From an uncultured delta proteobacterium (GTDB taxonomy: Bacteria; Myxococcota; Myxococcia; Myxococcales; Anaeromyxobacteraceae): 64,000 bases of DNA. The stretch's first letter is position 1. Each line of letters begins with the position of its first letter. Of this stretch, positions 12,674-23,255 are shown piece after piece. The translations under genes were made by a program, and so were the position numbers. The notes beneath the pieces were generated by a model. It did no database searches. It saw only the letters and a list, made by a program, of their open reading frames with translations, and had not been told where the DNA came from. The stretch is from contig CAWHDZ010000030.1 of the NCBI GenBank assembly GCA_963828255.1, positions 18,674-82,673 on the forward strand, read 5' to 3'.

Positions 12674-12917
12674 CGTCCGAGTCGCCTTCGTTCCGGGAGG
12701 CCGGATGCCGCCGGACGCCAGGGCGCCACTCTCCGCATCGCTGGTCCTCGGAGGAATAGCGTACGGCGAGTGAATGGCGCCGGGGAACACTGCGCCCGAG
12801 CGACGCTCATTCCTGGCGCCTCCTGCGGAGGCGATGCTCGGAGTGACGCCCGCGCCGGCTGAGACGGCCCAGGCCGAAGGCGACGCGGACAGCTCGCCTC
12901 GTGGGGAGATCCGGGCG
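12674..12917 (+). repeat. structured intergenic repeat, copy A (approximately 240 bp, internal dyad symmetry)
   Basis: Starts 1 nt after the livF TAG. It shares long blocks with 45191-45425 (+) and with the reverse complement of 13118-13359: GCCTTCGTTCC, TGCCGCCGG, CTCTCCGC, GAATGGCGCCGGG, ACGCCCGCGCCGGCTG, GCCGAAGGCGACGCGGAC, CGTGGGGAG. The 5' block GTCGCCTTCG is the reverse complement of the 3' block CGAAGGCGAC. Confidence 0.85.
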
Positions 12918-12958
12918 TTCACCCGCGGGCGGGGTGTCGTGCGGGCGACCGCGCTGTT

Positions 12959-13084
12959 TCAGTCCCGCGACCGGGCCTTCCCGCGTCCCCGGCGGCGGGT
13001 GAATCCGTACAGCTGGGCGGCAGCAGCCCCGATCGCGAGCAGCGTGAAAAATCCAATGAAGGCCGCGACGAGGAGCTCGCCCAC
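12959..13084 (-). CDS. possible 41-aa single-pass membrane peptide
   Basis: Below the ORF-track cutoff. A GTG-initiated frame gives VGELLVAAFIGFFTLLAIGAAAAQLYGFTRRRGRGKARSRD, which is one clean TM helix plus a basic tail. About 33/40 codons end in G/C, as in genuine genes here. No convincing Shine-Dalgarno sequence. Confidence 0.3.
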   Translation of the reverse strand: MGELLVAAFIGFFTLLAIGAAAAQLYGFTRRRGRGKARSRD

Positions 13085-13117
13085 GCGGACATTCTAACCA
13101 CGCCGATCGCGAGCGGC

Positions 13118-13359
13118 CGCCCGGATCTCCCCACGAAGCGGGCACGTCCGCGTCGCCTTCGGCCCGGGCTTCCCCAGCCGGCGCGGGCGTGCCTCATAGC
13201 GGCGCCTCCGCAAGGGGCGGCGGGAACCGGCGAAGCTCGGGCCCGGTGTGACCCGACGCCATTTACCTGAAGTGAACCATGGCCCTGAGGACAAGCGCCG
13301 CGGAGAGGGACGCCAACGCGCCGGCGGCATCCGCCCGGCTGGAACGAAGGCACCCCGGA
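13118..13359 (-). repeat. structured intergenic repeat, copy B (inverted relative to copy A)
   Basis: On the minus strand it begins directly after the TGA of the MFS gene (13360-13362). It ends with CTTCGTGGGGAGATCCGGGCG; copy A ends with the same CGTGGGGAGATCCGGGCG. All conserved blocks of A and C are present. Confidence 0.85.
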
Positions 13360-14598
13360 TCACGCCACCCGCTGTCCCCGGATCTCCGCCAGCCTGCGCC
13401 GCCGCGCCGGCCCGGCGACGAGCTGCCCCGCCGCCACCCCGAGCCCGGCGACGAAGCACGCCCCCCACACGCCCCGCGCCCCGAAGCGGGCGAGGCCCCA
13501 CGCCCCCAGCGCCGGGGCCACGAAGGCCGCCACCGACCAGGCCAGCGAGTAGGCCCCCTGGTACCGGCCGCGCACCGCCTCGGGCGCGAGCTCGGCCGGG
13601 ACCGTGGAGATGACCGGGAGGTAGGCGATCTCACCCACCGTCCAGACGACGATCGCGAGGGCGTACCAGCCCACGGTGTGGTGGAGCGCGTTCATCCCGA
13701 ACCCGAGCCCGATGAGTGCGCAGCCCGCCGCCATGATTCGCCCCGGGTCGCGGGAGGCGATCCAGCGCGCCGCGAGCGGCTGCAGGACCACGATGATGGC
13801 GCCGTTCAGGGCCATGAGGAGGCCGTAGCCGGTGGGGGAGATCCCGTGCTCCGTCATGTCGACCGGGAGGGTGAGCTGGAACTGGAAGAAGACCGTGGCG
13901 ATGACCACGTGCAGGACCAGGAAGGGCAGGTAGACCCGGTCGCGCAGCGGCATCACGAGGCCGTGCAGCACCTCCCGCACCGTCTCGGGATTCGACACCG
14001 GACGCGTCTCCGGGACGAAGCGCCAGACCACCCAGGCGAACACCAGCGAGGTGAGCCCGTCGCCCACGAAGAGGAGCACGTAGCTCACCGAGGCCATCAG
14101 CCCCGCCAGCGCGAGGCCGACGGCCACGCCCAGGTTCACCGCCCAGTAGAGGAGGCCGAAGGCGCGCACCCGGTTCTCGGGCGGCACCACGTCGGCGACG
14201 ACCGCGTGCGAGGCCGGCCGGTAGATCTCCCCGATGAACCCCACCCCGAAGACGAGGGGCCCGAGCAGCGCCGGGGAGGAGACGAAGCCGAGCGCCATGG
14301 TGAGCGCCGCGCCGCCGAGGAGCGAGACGAAGAGCGCCGTCCGCCGCCCCAGCCGGTCGGCCACCACGCCGGACACCGGGCCGGCTCCCACCGCACCGAG
14401 CCCCCAGAGCGAGACCAGCCCCCCCGCCTCGGCCACCGAGAGCCCGCGCTCCCGCGTCAGGTAGAGCGCCAGGAACGGGACCACGAAGCTGCCCACCCGG
14501 TTCACGAGCAGTCCCACCCAGAGCGCCCAGTAGGCGCGGGGAAGGCCGCCCACGAGCTCGCGGGTCGTGGCGCGCAGGGACGACGGGGAGGGGATCAC
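13360..14598 (-). CDS. MFS transporter
   Basis: 412 aa with about 12 hydrophobic segments and MFS-like loop motifs (GVVADRLGRRTALFVSLL). Confidence 0.88.
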   Translation of the reverse strand: MIPSPSSLRATTRELVGGLPRAYWALWVGLLVNRVGSFVVPFLALYLTRERGLSVAEAGGLVSLWGLGAVGAGPVSGVVADRLGRRTALFVSLLGGAALTMALGFVSSPALLGPLVFGVGFIGEIYRPASHAVVADVVPPENRVRAFGLLYWAVNLGVAVGLALAGLMASVSYVLLFVGDGLTSLVFAWVVWRFVPETRPVSNPETVREVLHGLVMPLRDRVYLPFLVLHVVIATVFFQFQLTLPVDMTEHGISPTGYGLLMALNGAIIVVLQPLAARWIASRDPGRIMAAGCALIGLGFGMNALHHTVGWYALAIVVWTVGEIAYLPVISTVPAELAPEAVRGRYQGAYSLAWSVAAFVAPALGAWGLARFGARGVWGACFVAGLGVAAGQLVAGPARRRRLAEIRGQRVA

Positions 14599-14628
14599 GA
14601 CGCGCCCCTTGTAACCCGAAACGAGGAC

Positions 14629-14648
14629 GGCCGCCCCGGAGGGCGGCC
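14629..14648 (-). terminator. GC-rich hairpin downstream of glnA
   Basis: GGCCGCCC-CGGA-GGGCGGCC is a perfect 8-bp stem 29 nt after the glnA stop. The trailing sequence on the minus strand (GTCCTCGTTTCGGGTT) is only moderately U-rich. Confidence 0.4.
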
Positions 14649-14676
14649 GCCGTGCTGCAGCGCCGGGCGCGAAGGC

Positions 14677-16101
<1,425 letters not shown>

Positions 16102-16149
16102 TGCCGGGATGTCTCCTGGTGGGGCGGAGGGTTGACGAGGCTCCGGATT

Positions 16150-16165
16150 AGCACGGTGCGTGCCA
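16150..16165 (-). promoter_or_regulatory. sigma-54 (-24/-12) promoter for glnA
   Basis: The minus strand reads TGGCACGCACCGTGCT, with GG and GC separated by exactly 10 nt (consensus TGGCAC-N5-TTGCW). It lies about 50 nt upstream of the glnA ATG and downstream of an NtrC gene carrying GAFTGA. Confidence 0.65.
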
Positions 16166-16219
16166 GCCGGATCTACTCCGATCGAGCCGTGATCGCGCGT
16201 GCCTTCGTTGGGTATGCCC

Positions 16220-16242
16220 AAAAAACAGGCATCGGCTGCCCG
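16220..16242 (-). terminator. intrinsic terminator after ntrC
   Basis: The minus-strand RNA is CGGGCA-GCCGA-UGCCUG (6-bp stem including one G.U pair) followed directly by UUUUUU. It starts 30 nt after the ntrC stop and lies upstream of the glnA sigma-54 promoter. Confidence 0.6.
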
Positions 16243-16271
16243 GAAACCGGGCTCGGGAGGTTCCAGGGGCG

Positions 16272-17723
16272 TCAGTCCCGGGACTTCAATCCAAGGGCAC
16301 GCATGCGCTCCCGCAGCGTGTTCCGGTTCATGCCGAGCAGCTCAGCGGCCTTGAGCTGGTTGCCCTTGGTGCGGTCCATGGCAGCCGAGATGAGGGGGGC
16401 CTCCAGGGCGGCGAGCGCCGACTGGTAGCGCCCCCCTTCCGGCTCGGGACCGTCGAGGAAGCCCTCGACGAAGCCGGTCAGCCCCCTCTCCCGGACGGCG
16501 CCGGCAGGCAGGAGGGGACCGAGGTCGCGGGCGGTGATGCGCGTGCCCGGCAGCGCGAGCAGCGCCCGCTGGATCACGTTCTGCAGTTCCCGGACGTTGC
16601 CGGGCCAGGAGTGGGCGAGGAGCAGCGGCTCGGCGTCACGAGCCAGCGTGAGCGCCTTTCCCCGCAGTTGCTCCCCGTACTTGGTGGCGAAGTGGCGGGC
16701 CAGCAGGATGACGTCGTGGTCCCGCTCGCGCAGTGGCGGGAGCCGGATGGGCACCACCGCGAGCCGGTAGAACAGGTCCCGGCGGAAGCGCCCGTCCTCC
16801 ACCGACCGGGAGAGGTCGGCGTTGGTGGCGGCCACGATGCGGACATCCACCGGGAGCGGACGGGAGCCGCCCACCCGGTCGATCTCCCGCTCCTGGAGCA
16901 CCCGGAGGAGCTTGGCCTGCAGCTCGACCGGCATCTCCCCGATCTCGTCGAGGAAGAGAGTGCCGCCGCTGGCGAGCTCGAACTTGCCGGGACGGCGCTC
17001 GGCGGCGCCGGTGAACGCGCCCCGCTCGTGGCCGTAGAGCTCGCTCTCCATGAGATCGCGCGGGATGGCGGCCATGTTGACCGTGATGAACGGGCCACGG
17101 GCGCGCGCCGAGTTGGAGTGGACGGCCCGGGCCACGAGCTCCTTGCCCGTTCCGCTCTCGCCCATCAGCGTCACCGTCATCTCGGTGCGGGCCACCCGCC
17201 CGATCTCCTTGAAGACGTCGACCATGGCCGGGGAGCGGCCGATGAGCGATTCGATCGGGGCGCCGTCGCGCCGTCGCTCCGGCTCGGGGGGGCGCGCTCC
17301 GTGCTCCGGGCGCTCGTCGGGATCCGGCTCCGGGCCGATGGCGAGGTCGCGGACGATGCGCTCGACGCGGGCCAGGTCGAAGGGCTTGCCCAGGTAGTCC
17401 GCGGCGCCCCGCTTCATGGCCTCCACGGCCGAGCGCATGGTGTCCTCGGCCGTCATGACCACGATGAAGGGCGAGTCGCTGTGGCCGGAGAGCTCGCTCA
17501 GGAGCGTGAACCCGTCGTCGCCGGGGAGACGCACGTCGAGCAGCACCAGCCCGATTCCCCCGTGGCGACCGGTGCCGTGGCGGGCCAGCTCCTCGCGTGC
17601 CTGCTCCGCGCTCCCCGCCTCGACGTGGGGGGCGCCCACCCGCTCGCAGGTGCGGGCGAGGACGAAGCGGACCGAGGGTTCGTCGTCGACGATGAGTACC
17701 TTGCGCATTTCCGCCTCGGTCAT
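16272..17723 (-). CDS. ntrC: sigma-54-dependent response regulator NtrC
   Basis: REC domain ([22 protein letters not shown]), AAA+ domain ([16 protein letters not shown]) and a C-terminal Fis-type HTH ([21 protein letters not shown]). Confidence 0.93.
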   Translation of the reverse strand: MTEAEMRKVLIVDDEPSVRFVLARTCERVGAPHVEAGSAEQAREELARHGTGRHGGIGLVLLDVRLPGDDGFTLLSELSGHSDSPFIVVMTAEDTMRSAVEAMKRGAADYLGKPFDLARVERIVRDLAIGPEPDPDERPEHGARPPEPERRRDGAPIESLIGRSPAMVDVFKEIGRVARTEMTVTLMGESGTGKELVARAVHSNSARARGPFITVNMAAIPRDLMESELYGHERGAFTGAAERRPGKFELASGGTLFLDEIGEMPVELQAKLLRVLQEREIDRVGGSRPLPVDVRIVAATNADLSRSVEDGRFRRDLFYRLAVVPIRLPPLRERDHDVILLARHFATKYGEQLRGKALTLARDAEPLLLAHSWPGNVRELQNVIQRALLALPGTRITARDLGPLLPAGAVRERGLTGFVEGFLDGPEPEGGRYQSALAALEAPLISAAMDRTKGNQLKAAELLGMNRNTLRERMRALGLKSRD

Positions 17724-17792
17724 GCACCCCTTATGCCCGTTTCGCGGGCAGATGGCGTGATCGGTTCCGGAGCAGGCCCACCCGGGGTGGCT

Positions 17793-18851
17793 TCAACCGT
17801 GGACGAGGGGCAAGAAGACCGCCGCCTCGGCGCCCCCACCGGGGCGGTTGCGGACCTCGATCCGGCCGCCGTGGGCCTCGACGATCCGGCGCGAGACGGC
17901 CAACCCGAGCCCCGTTCCCTGCGCCTTCGAGGTTGCGAACGGCGTGAAGAGCCTTCCCAGCATCGACTCCGGGATGCCCGGTCCGTTGTCGATCACGGCG
18001 ATCCGGGCCAGCGTGGTGGTCCTCCCCCCGGACTGGCGGAGCCTGACCGGCGCGACCCCCGTCTCCATCGACACCTCCGCCCCCGGAGTCTCGCGGACCG
18101 CCTCCACGGCGTTGCGCAGCAGGTTCAGCACCACCTGCGTGAGCTTTTCCTGGTCCCCCAGGATCGCCGGGAGGGAAGGGTCGAAGCGCTGCGAGAAGAG
18201 GATCCGGTCGCCGCCGGGGAGCCCCTTCGCGATCAGCATCACGTCCCGGAGCACGGTGTGGATGTTCACCGGGCCGGCCTGGAGGATGGCCGGACGCGCC
18301 AGGTCGAGCAGCTCGCGGACGAGGCCATCCACCCTGCGGGCCTCCTTCGCGATCACGAGGGCGTACTCGCGGGCCGCGCCAGTGGCCTCGCGGGCGAGCA
18401 ACTCGGCCGAGCCCTGCAGGCCGGCGAGGGGATTCTTGATCTCGTGCGCGAGCCCGGCGGCGAGCGCCTCGAAGTCGAGGTGCCGCTCCCCGTTCCTGCG
18501 CGCCCGGACCACGAGCACCGTGCCCGCGCACGCCGCGCCGTCGAAGAGCGGGGAGGCCTCCACCTGCAGGTGCGCCGACGGATCACGCGGGCCCACGAAA
18601 TCGGCCCCGGTGGCCTCCTGGGCGCGCCGGACCCGGTCGGCGAGCGCCTCGAGCGGCGCCCCCCCGGGGAGGGCTCGCACGGGGAGACCCACCGACCGCT
18701 CGCGGCTGCGGTCGAAGAGCTCCTCGGCGGCTGGGTTGAGGTGCAGGAGGCCACCGTCCGGCCCCACCAGGAGGACCGGGTCGCCGATGGAATCGATCGC
18801 ACCGCGAGCCAGCGCCGCCGGGAGCGGCGTGGCCTTTCCGGCTCGGGACAC
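17793..18851 (-). CDS. ntrB: nitrogen-regulation sensor histidine kinase (soluble PAS-HisKA-HATPase)
   Basis: H-box LAHEIKNPLAGL, N-box LLRNAVEA, G-boxes IDNGPGIP and GTGLGLA. No TM segments. Located between glnB and ntrC. Confidence 0.85.
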   Translation of the reverse strand: MSRAGKATPLPAALARGAIDSIGDPVLLVGPDGGLLHLNPAAEELFDRSRERSVGLPVRALPGGAPLEALADRVRRAQEATGADFVGPRDPSAHLQVEASPLFDGAACAGTVLVVRARRNGERHLDFEALAAGLAHEIKNPLAGLQGSAELLAREATGAAREYALVIAKEARRVDGLVRELLDLARPAILQAGPVNIHTVLRDVMLIAKGLPGGDRILFSQRFDPSLPAILGDQEKLTQVVLNLLRNAVEAVRETPGAEVSMETGVAPVRLRQSGGRTTTLARIAVIDNGPGIPESMLGRLFTPFATSKAQGTGLGLAVSRRIVEAHGGRIEVRNRPGGGAEAAVFLPLVHG

Positions 18852-18884
18852 GGCGCCCCCCCTCTCGTTGCCGGGAAGCCGGCT

Positions 18885-19284
<400 letters not shown>

Positions 19285-19546
19285 GCGCCGGGGACCGCCC
19301 GGCTCGGCGTTGATGCCCTCGTCTGCTTCTGCCCGGAAACCGGGCTTGCGTCTGCTCGCTTTCCGGACAGCCGTCCGGCCCCGCGACCATGCATCGAAAC
19401 CATGCCCGCCGTCTTCGACCAAGGAGGAGCCCCCCTCGGTGGCGCTGGCGTCGGGCGACGGACGAGATGGCTGCAACCGGCGGGCCACCGCGCGGCGGGG
19501 GATTTCACGGCGCCCACGCCCGTCCTTGCGGTAGATCCTTCTCCCA

Positions 19547-20626
19547 ATGGAATGGGTGCTCGCCGTCGTTGCCGCCGCGGCGGTCTTCGGAGTGCTGGCG
19601 ATCGGGCACCACGCATTCTGGAGCCGCCGGCTCCGGGAACCCATCCGGGACGACGGGATCGTCCGGGCCGGGACGCGCGATGGCTGGCAGCTCGCGATGG
19701 GGACCCGGCGTCCTCGGGCTCCGGAGCGACGGCCCCCGGTGCTGCTCGTGCACGGCCTCGCTTCCAACCGCTGGGCGCTCGACTCCGGCGTCGCCTCGGT
19801 CTCCCTGGCAGCCCACCTGGCCGGGGACGGATTCCGGACCTTCTCCCTCGACCTGCGCGGCCACGGCGACTCCCGGCGCGGCCCCCCCGGGGCGACCCCG
19901 TGGAACTTCGACCACTACGTGAACGAGGACGTCCCGGCGGTGCTCGAAGCCATCCGGAGGGAGACCGGCGAGGAACGGGTCCTCTGGGTCGGCCACAGCC
20001 TGGGCGCCGTGGCGGGAATGGTCTCCTGCCAGCTCTACCCGGAACGGATCGCCGCCATCGTCTCCATCGCCGGCCCCATGAGCTTCGACGTGGAGGGGAG
20101 GGTGGCCCGCTACCTCCGGCGCGGCGCACTGGTGGACGGCCGATTCAACCGGACGCTCGCAGCCATGGTGGCGCCCTGGGCGGGGCTCGCCCACCCGCCC
20201 GCGGCGGAGCTCGCCATCAACGGCCGCAACGTCGATCCGGCGGTGCTCCGGCGGCTGCTGGCGAACGGGATCGAGAATGTCTCCGGCCCGCTCTTCCGGC
20301 AGCTCTCGGGCTGGGTGACCCGGGACGTCTGCCTGTCCGCGGACGGGGAGCACGACTACCGGGCCGGCCTCGCCTCCTGCCGCCAGCCGGCCCTCTTCCT
20401 GGCCGCGCCCCGCGATCCGTTCGCGCCCCCCGGCGTGGTGCGGGCCAGCTTCGAGCGCTGGGGCGGTCCACGGACCTACGTCGAGTTCCGGCGCGACGCC
20501 GGCCACTCCGCCGACTACGGCCACACCGATCTGCTCGTCGGCCGCAACGCCGCCACCGAGGTCTTCCCGGTCGTGTCGGCATGGCTCCAGGCCCGGAGCG
20601 ACCCGGCCGGGGAGGGGGGCGAATGA
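19547..20626 (+). CDS. alpha/beta-fold hydrolase
   Basis: N-terminal TM, LLVHGLASNRW (oxyanion region) and nucleophile elbow GHSLGA. Confidence 0.82.
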   Translation: MEWVLAVVAAAAVFGVLAIGHHAFWSRRLREPIRDDGIVRAGTRDGWQLAMGTRRPRAPERRPPVLLVHGLASNRWALDSGVASVSLAAHLAGDGFRTFSLDLRGHGDSRRGPPGATPWNFDHYVNEDVPAVLEAIRRETGEERVLWVGHSLGAVAGMVSCQLYPERIAAIVSIAGPMSFDVEGRVARYLRRGALVDGRFNRTLAAMVAPWAGLAHPPAAELAINGRNVDPAVLRRLLANGIENVSGPLFRQLSGWVTRDVCLSADGEHDYRAGLASCRQPALFLAAPRDPFAPPGVVRASFERWGGPRTYVEFRRDAGHSADYGHTDLLVGRNAATEVFPVVSAWLQARSDPAGEGGE

Positions 20627-21129
20627 CCGCGATCCTGCTCGCCGCGCTGCTCGCGGCCCCGCTCGTCTGCCCGCCCGGGAGCCATCCGGTCGGCAGCCCG
20701 CCGCCCTCCGGCAACGCCGAGTGGTGCGAGGGGCCCGACCGCGCCGGGGCCATGAAGCGGCAGGGGCCGGCCCGCGACTACTACGAGGCCGACCTCATTC
20801 ACGTCGAGTCAACGTGGCGCGACGGCCAGCTCGACGGCCCCTGGCTGGAGCGCCACCGTGACGGGCGGAAGGCCCTCGCGGGGCGCTACCGCGGGGGCGA
20901 GAAGCACGGACCGTGGACCTGGTGGTACGAGGACGGCAAGGTCGAGGAGGAGGTCTCCTTCGACATGGGCCGGCGCCACGGCCCGTTCCTCCAGCGCTGG
21001 CGCAACGGGAAGAAGCGCACCGAGGGAAGGTTCTGCTTCGGCCTGCAGTGCGGCCGCTGGACGACCTGGAACGAGGACGGCCAGGAGCTGGGGGTGATCC
21101 ACTACGAGGAGATCCGCGGGAAGCCGTGA
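20623..21129 (+). CDS. MORN-repeat (YwqK-like) secreted protein
   Basis: The ATG at 20623 overlaps the hydrolase TGA. Signal-like MTAILLAALLAAPLVC. Repeated G(P)W..W..(D/N)G units (DGPWLERHRDGRK, HGPWTWWYEDGK, HGPFLQRWRNGK, CGRWTTWNEDGQ). Confidence 0.72.
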   Translation: MTAILLAALLAAPLVCPPGSHPVGSPPPSGNAEWCEGPDRAGAMKRQGPARDYYEADLIHVESTWRDGQLDGPWLERHRDGRKALAGRYRGGEKHGPWTWWYEDGKVEEEVSFDMGRRHGPFLQRWRNGKKRTEGRFCFGLQCGRWTTWNEDGQELGVIHYEEIRGKP

Positions 21130-21162
21130 GCGTCGCGCGGCGGCGCTCCGCCGATCGGGAAG

Positions 21163-21666
21163 CTAGGAGGCCCGCGGCGCCTTGCGCGCGCGCTCCGACT
21201 CGATGAGCTGGTCGAAGGCCTTCGACGGGACCGGCACCGCGGTGAAGACCGCGACCAGGTCGGGGCCGATGGGGAGCGTGGACTCGACGCCCGGCTTCAC
21301 CCAGACCCGGCCCGACCGGGTGAGCGAGAGCTCGGGGATCTGGACCGCGTAGTTCACGCAGACGCTGCCCGAGAGCTCACGGGAGGTGGTGACCCGGAGC
21401 ACCATGCGCACCGCAGAGGGGGCGGCCGGGTCGCGCACCACCACCGAGGCGAGCTTGCCCTCGGGGCTGACCAGCCGGCTCTTCGCGATGGTGGCCCCGT
21501 CCTCGGTGCGGACCTCGAACGAGACGAGGTCCCCGACAGACCCGTCCTGAGCGGCCGATTCGGTGGCGCGAGCGGTCCGGGCCCGCACGACGCCCTCGGC
21601 GGAGGCGGCCCCCACGAGGAAGGCGACTGCGAGGATGGCGATGGCGCGGAAGGTTCTCACGGGCAT
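21163..21666 (-). CDS. small secreted protein, unknown function
   Basis: 167 aa counted from ATG 21666. Signal peptide MPVRTFRAIAILAVAFLVGAASA. The rest is beta-strand-like. The tracked ORF upstream of 21666 is shadow frame. Confidence 0.65.
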   Translation of the reverse strand: MPVRTFRAIAILAVAFLVGAASAEGVVRARTARATESAAQDGSVGDLVSFEVRTEDGATIAKSRLVSPEGKLASVVVRDPAAPSAVRMVLRVTTSRELSGSVCVNYAVQIPELSLTRSGRVWVKPGVESTLPIGPDLVAVFTAVPVPSKAFDQLIESERARKAPRAS

Positions 21667-21755
21667 TCCTGACGGCTCTTGATAACCCGGACCGGCCACC
21701 AGATCATGGTCCGATTCCGAGAAAACAGACTGGGCCAGGTAAAACTTCCCGAACA

Positions 21756-21774
21756 ATGACCCTTTTGGGGTCAT
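21756..21774 (-). terminator. hairpin overlapping the stop of the Nudix-MBL gene
   Basis: ATGACCC-TTTTG-GGGTCAT has a 7-bp stem. On the minus strand it is followed by UGUUCGGGAAGUUUUAC. Confidence 0.35.
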
Positions 21775-23255
21775 CTGCCGTGCCAGGTACCCCCAGAAGG
21801 GTGGGCCCGTCCCAGATTCTCCAGCCAGAGGAGGGCAGCGAGGCAGCTCCGCTCCGCCACCGGCAGGAGGAAGGGCGGCGTGTCGTCGTAGGCGGCCCGG
21901 GTGACATCGGAGAGCGTCCCTCCCGGGGTGAGCGCCGCCTCGACCTTGGCGGTCCGCAGGCGGCGGTGCTCCAGGTACTCGTCGAGCTTGGCGGCCGCCG
22001 AGGGGGCCGGAGACCCGTGCGCCGGGTAGAGGGTGCGGGCCGGGAGGCCGCGCAGCCGCTCGAGCGACGAGACGTAGAGCCCCATGTCCCCCTCGGGCGG
22101 ATCGATGACCACGGTGGAGAGGGTGCTCACCATGTCGCCTGCCACGAGCGCTCCGCTGCGCTCGTCGAGGAAGCAGAGGTGTCCGGGTGCGTGACCCGGA
22201 GTGAACAGGGCGCGCCAGCGTCCGTGCAGGATCTCGCCGTCCTCGACCGGGAGGAACGAGGCCCCGCCGGCGAGGCGCCGGGCCGTCTCCGTGTGGGCCC
22301 GGACCGGGAGGCCCCGGGCGGCCAGCGGCGCGAGCCCGCCCACGTGGTCCACGTGGTGGTGGGTGAGCCAGACCTCCCGGGCCGGCCGCCCCCCGGCGGC
22401 CATGATGGAGAGGATGCGGTCGAGCCGGGCCTGCTCGGCGGGATCGGGAGAGCCGGGGTCCACGACGGCCACCCCGCCGCCGGGCTCGAGATCGAGCATC
22501 CAGCAGTTGGTGTGGGTGGCCGGGAGCAGCGTGGGGGTGCGCAGCGCCGCCAGCACCACGCCCCCCTGGAACTCGATGAGCAGGTCGGCGGGTGGATCGC
22601 GGAGCAGCGCCAGCGCCTCCGGCGGCGCGGCGCGGTCCACGGAGGTGATGCCCCACCAGTTGGGAGGGTGGAGGAGCGCATCGCCCCGCGCCCAGGAAGC
22701 GAGCGCGCGCCCGGTGGAGACGAACTCCCCCCCGGAGAGCTCGCCTGGCCAGACCGATGCCTCCTGCCCGGCCGGCAACCGGGCCAGGTAGAAGCGGGCG
22801 TCGAAGCGGACCGGGAAGGGCTCCGGCGTCACCCAGCGTCCGGCCGGGGAAAGCAGCGAGGGGTCGATGGCCAGCGCCTCCCGGAAGAGCAGGTCGGCGA
22901 AGGAGATCCGCTCCTCGAGGAGCGCACGCCGCGCCTCGTCCCTGACCGCAGGCGGCAGCTTCTCGGCGCCACGGGCCAGCAGCACGCCGGCCTCCTCGAA
23001 GAGCTCGCGGCAGGCCCCGGCCACGTGGGCCGCCTCCTCCCCCGCGAGCCCCGCCACCGGCACCCGGGAGTCCTCCTCGTCGACCCTTCCCCCCGGGAAG
23101 GCGTGGAAGCCCCCGGCGAAGCGCAGCCCGTCCCCGCGCCGGACCCAGAAGACCTCGCGCCCCTCCGGCCCCTCGCGCCAGAGGATCACCGCCGCCGCCG
23201 GGCGGGTCCGCGCCGGCGGGGGAGGCGCCGGCATGCCGGGGAGGGCCTCGCTCAT
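21771..23255 (-). CDS. Nudix hydrolase - MBL-fold metallo-hydrolase fusion protein
   Basis: The ATG at 23255 overlaps the upstream stop (ATGA). The N-terminal part has FPGGRVDEED...ACRELFEEAGVLL (Nudix-box-like with an extended loop). The C-terminal part has WLTHHHVDHVGG and FTPGHAPGH (MBL motifs). 494 aa. Confidence 0.82.
   Translation of the reverse strand: MSEALPGMPAPPPPARTRPAAAVILWREGPEGREVFWVRRGDGLRFAGGFHAFPGGRVDEEDSRVPVAGLAGEEAAHVAGACRELFEEAGVLLARGAEKLPPAVRDEARRALLEERISFADLLFREALAIDPSLLSPAGRWVTPEPFPVRFDARFYLARLPAGQEASVWPGELSGGEFVSTGRALASWARGDALLHPPNWWGITSVDRAAPPEALALLRDPPADLLIEFQGGVVLAALRTPTLLPATHTNCWMLDLEPGGGVAVVDPGSPDPAEQARLDRILSIMAAGGRPAREVWLTHHHVDHVGGLAPLAARGLPVRAHTETARRLAGGASFLPVEDGEILHGRWRALFTPGHAPGHLCFLDERSGALVAGDMVSTLSTVVIDPPEGDMGLYVSSLERLRGLPARTLYPAHGSPAPSAAAKLDEYLEHRRLRTAKVEAALTPGGTLSDVTRAAYDDTPPFLLPVAERSCLAALLWLENLGRAHPSGGTWHGR

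Noticed and set aside
16214-16232. ATGCC-N9-GGCAT palindrome upstream of glnA, considered as an NtrC enhancer or IHF site.
   Set aside because: It does not resemble the TGCACC-N5-GGTGCA type of site. It is better explained as part of the ntrC intrinsic terminator (stem plus the A6/U6 tract).
19385-19405. Sigma-54-like GGCATGG…GATGCA string upstream of glnB on the minus strand.
   Set aside because: The GG-to-GC spacing is 12 nt rather than the required 10 nt.
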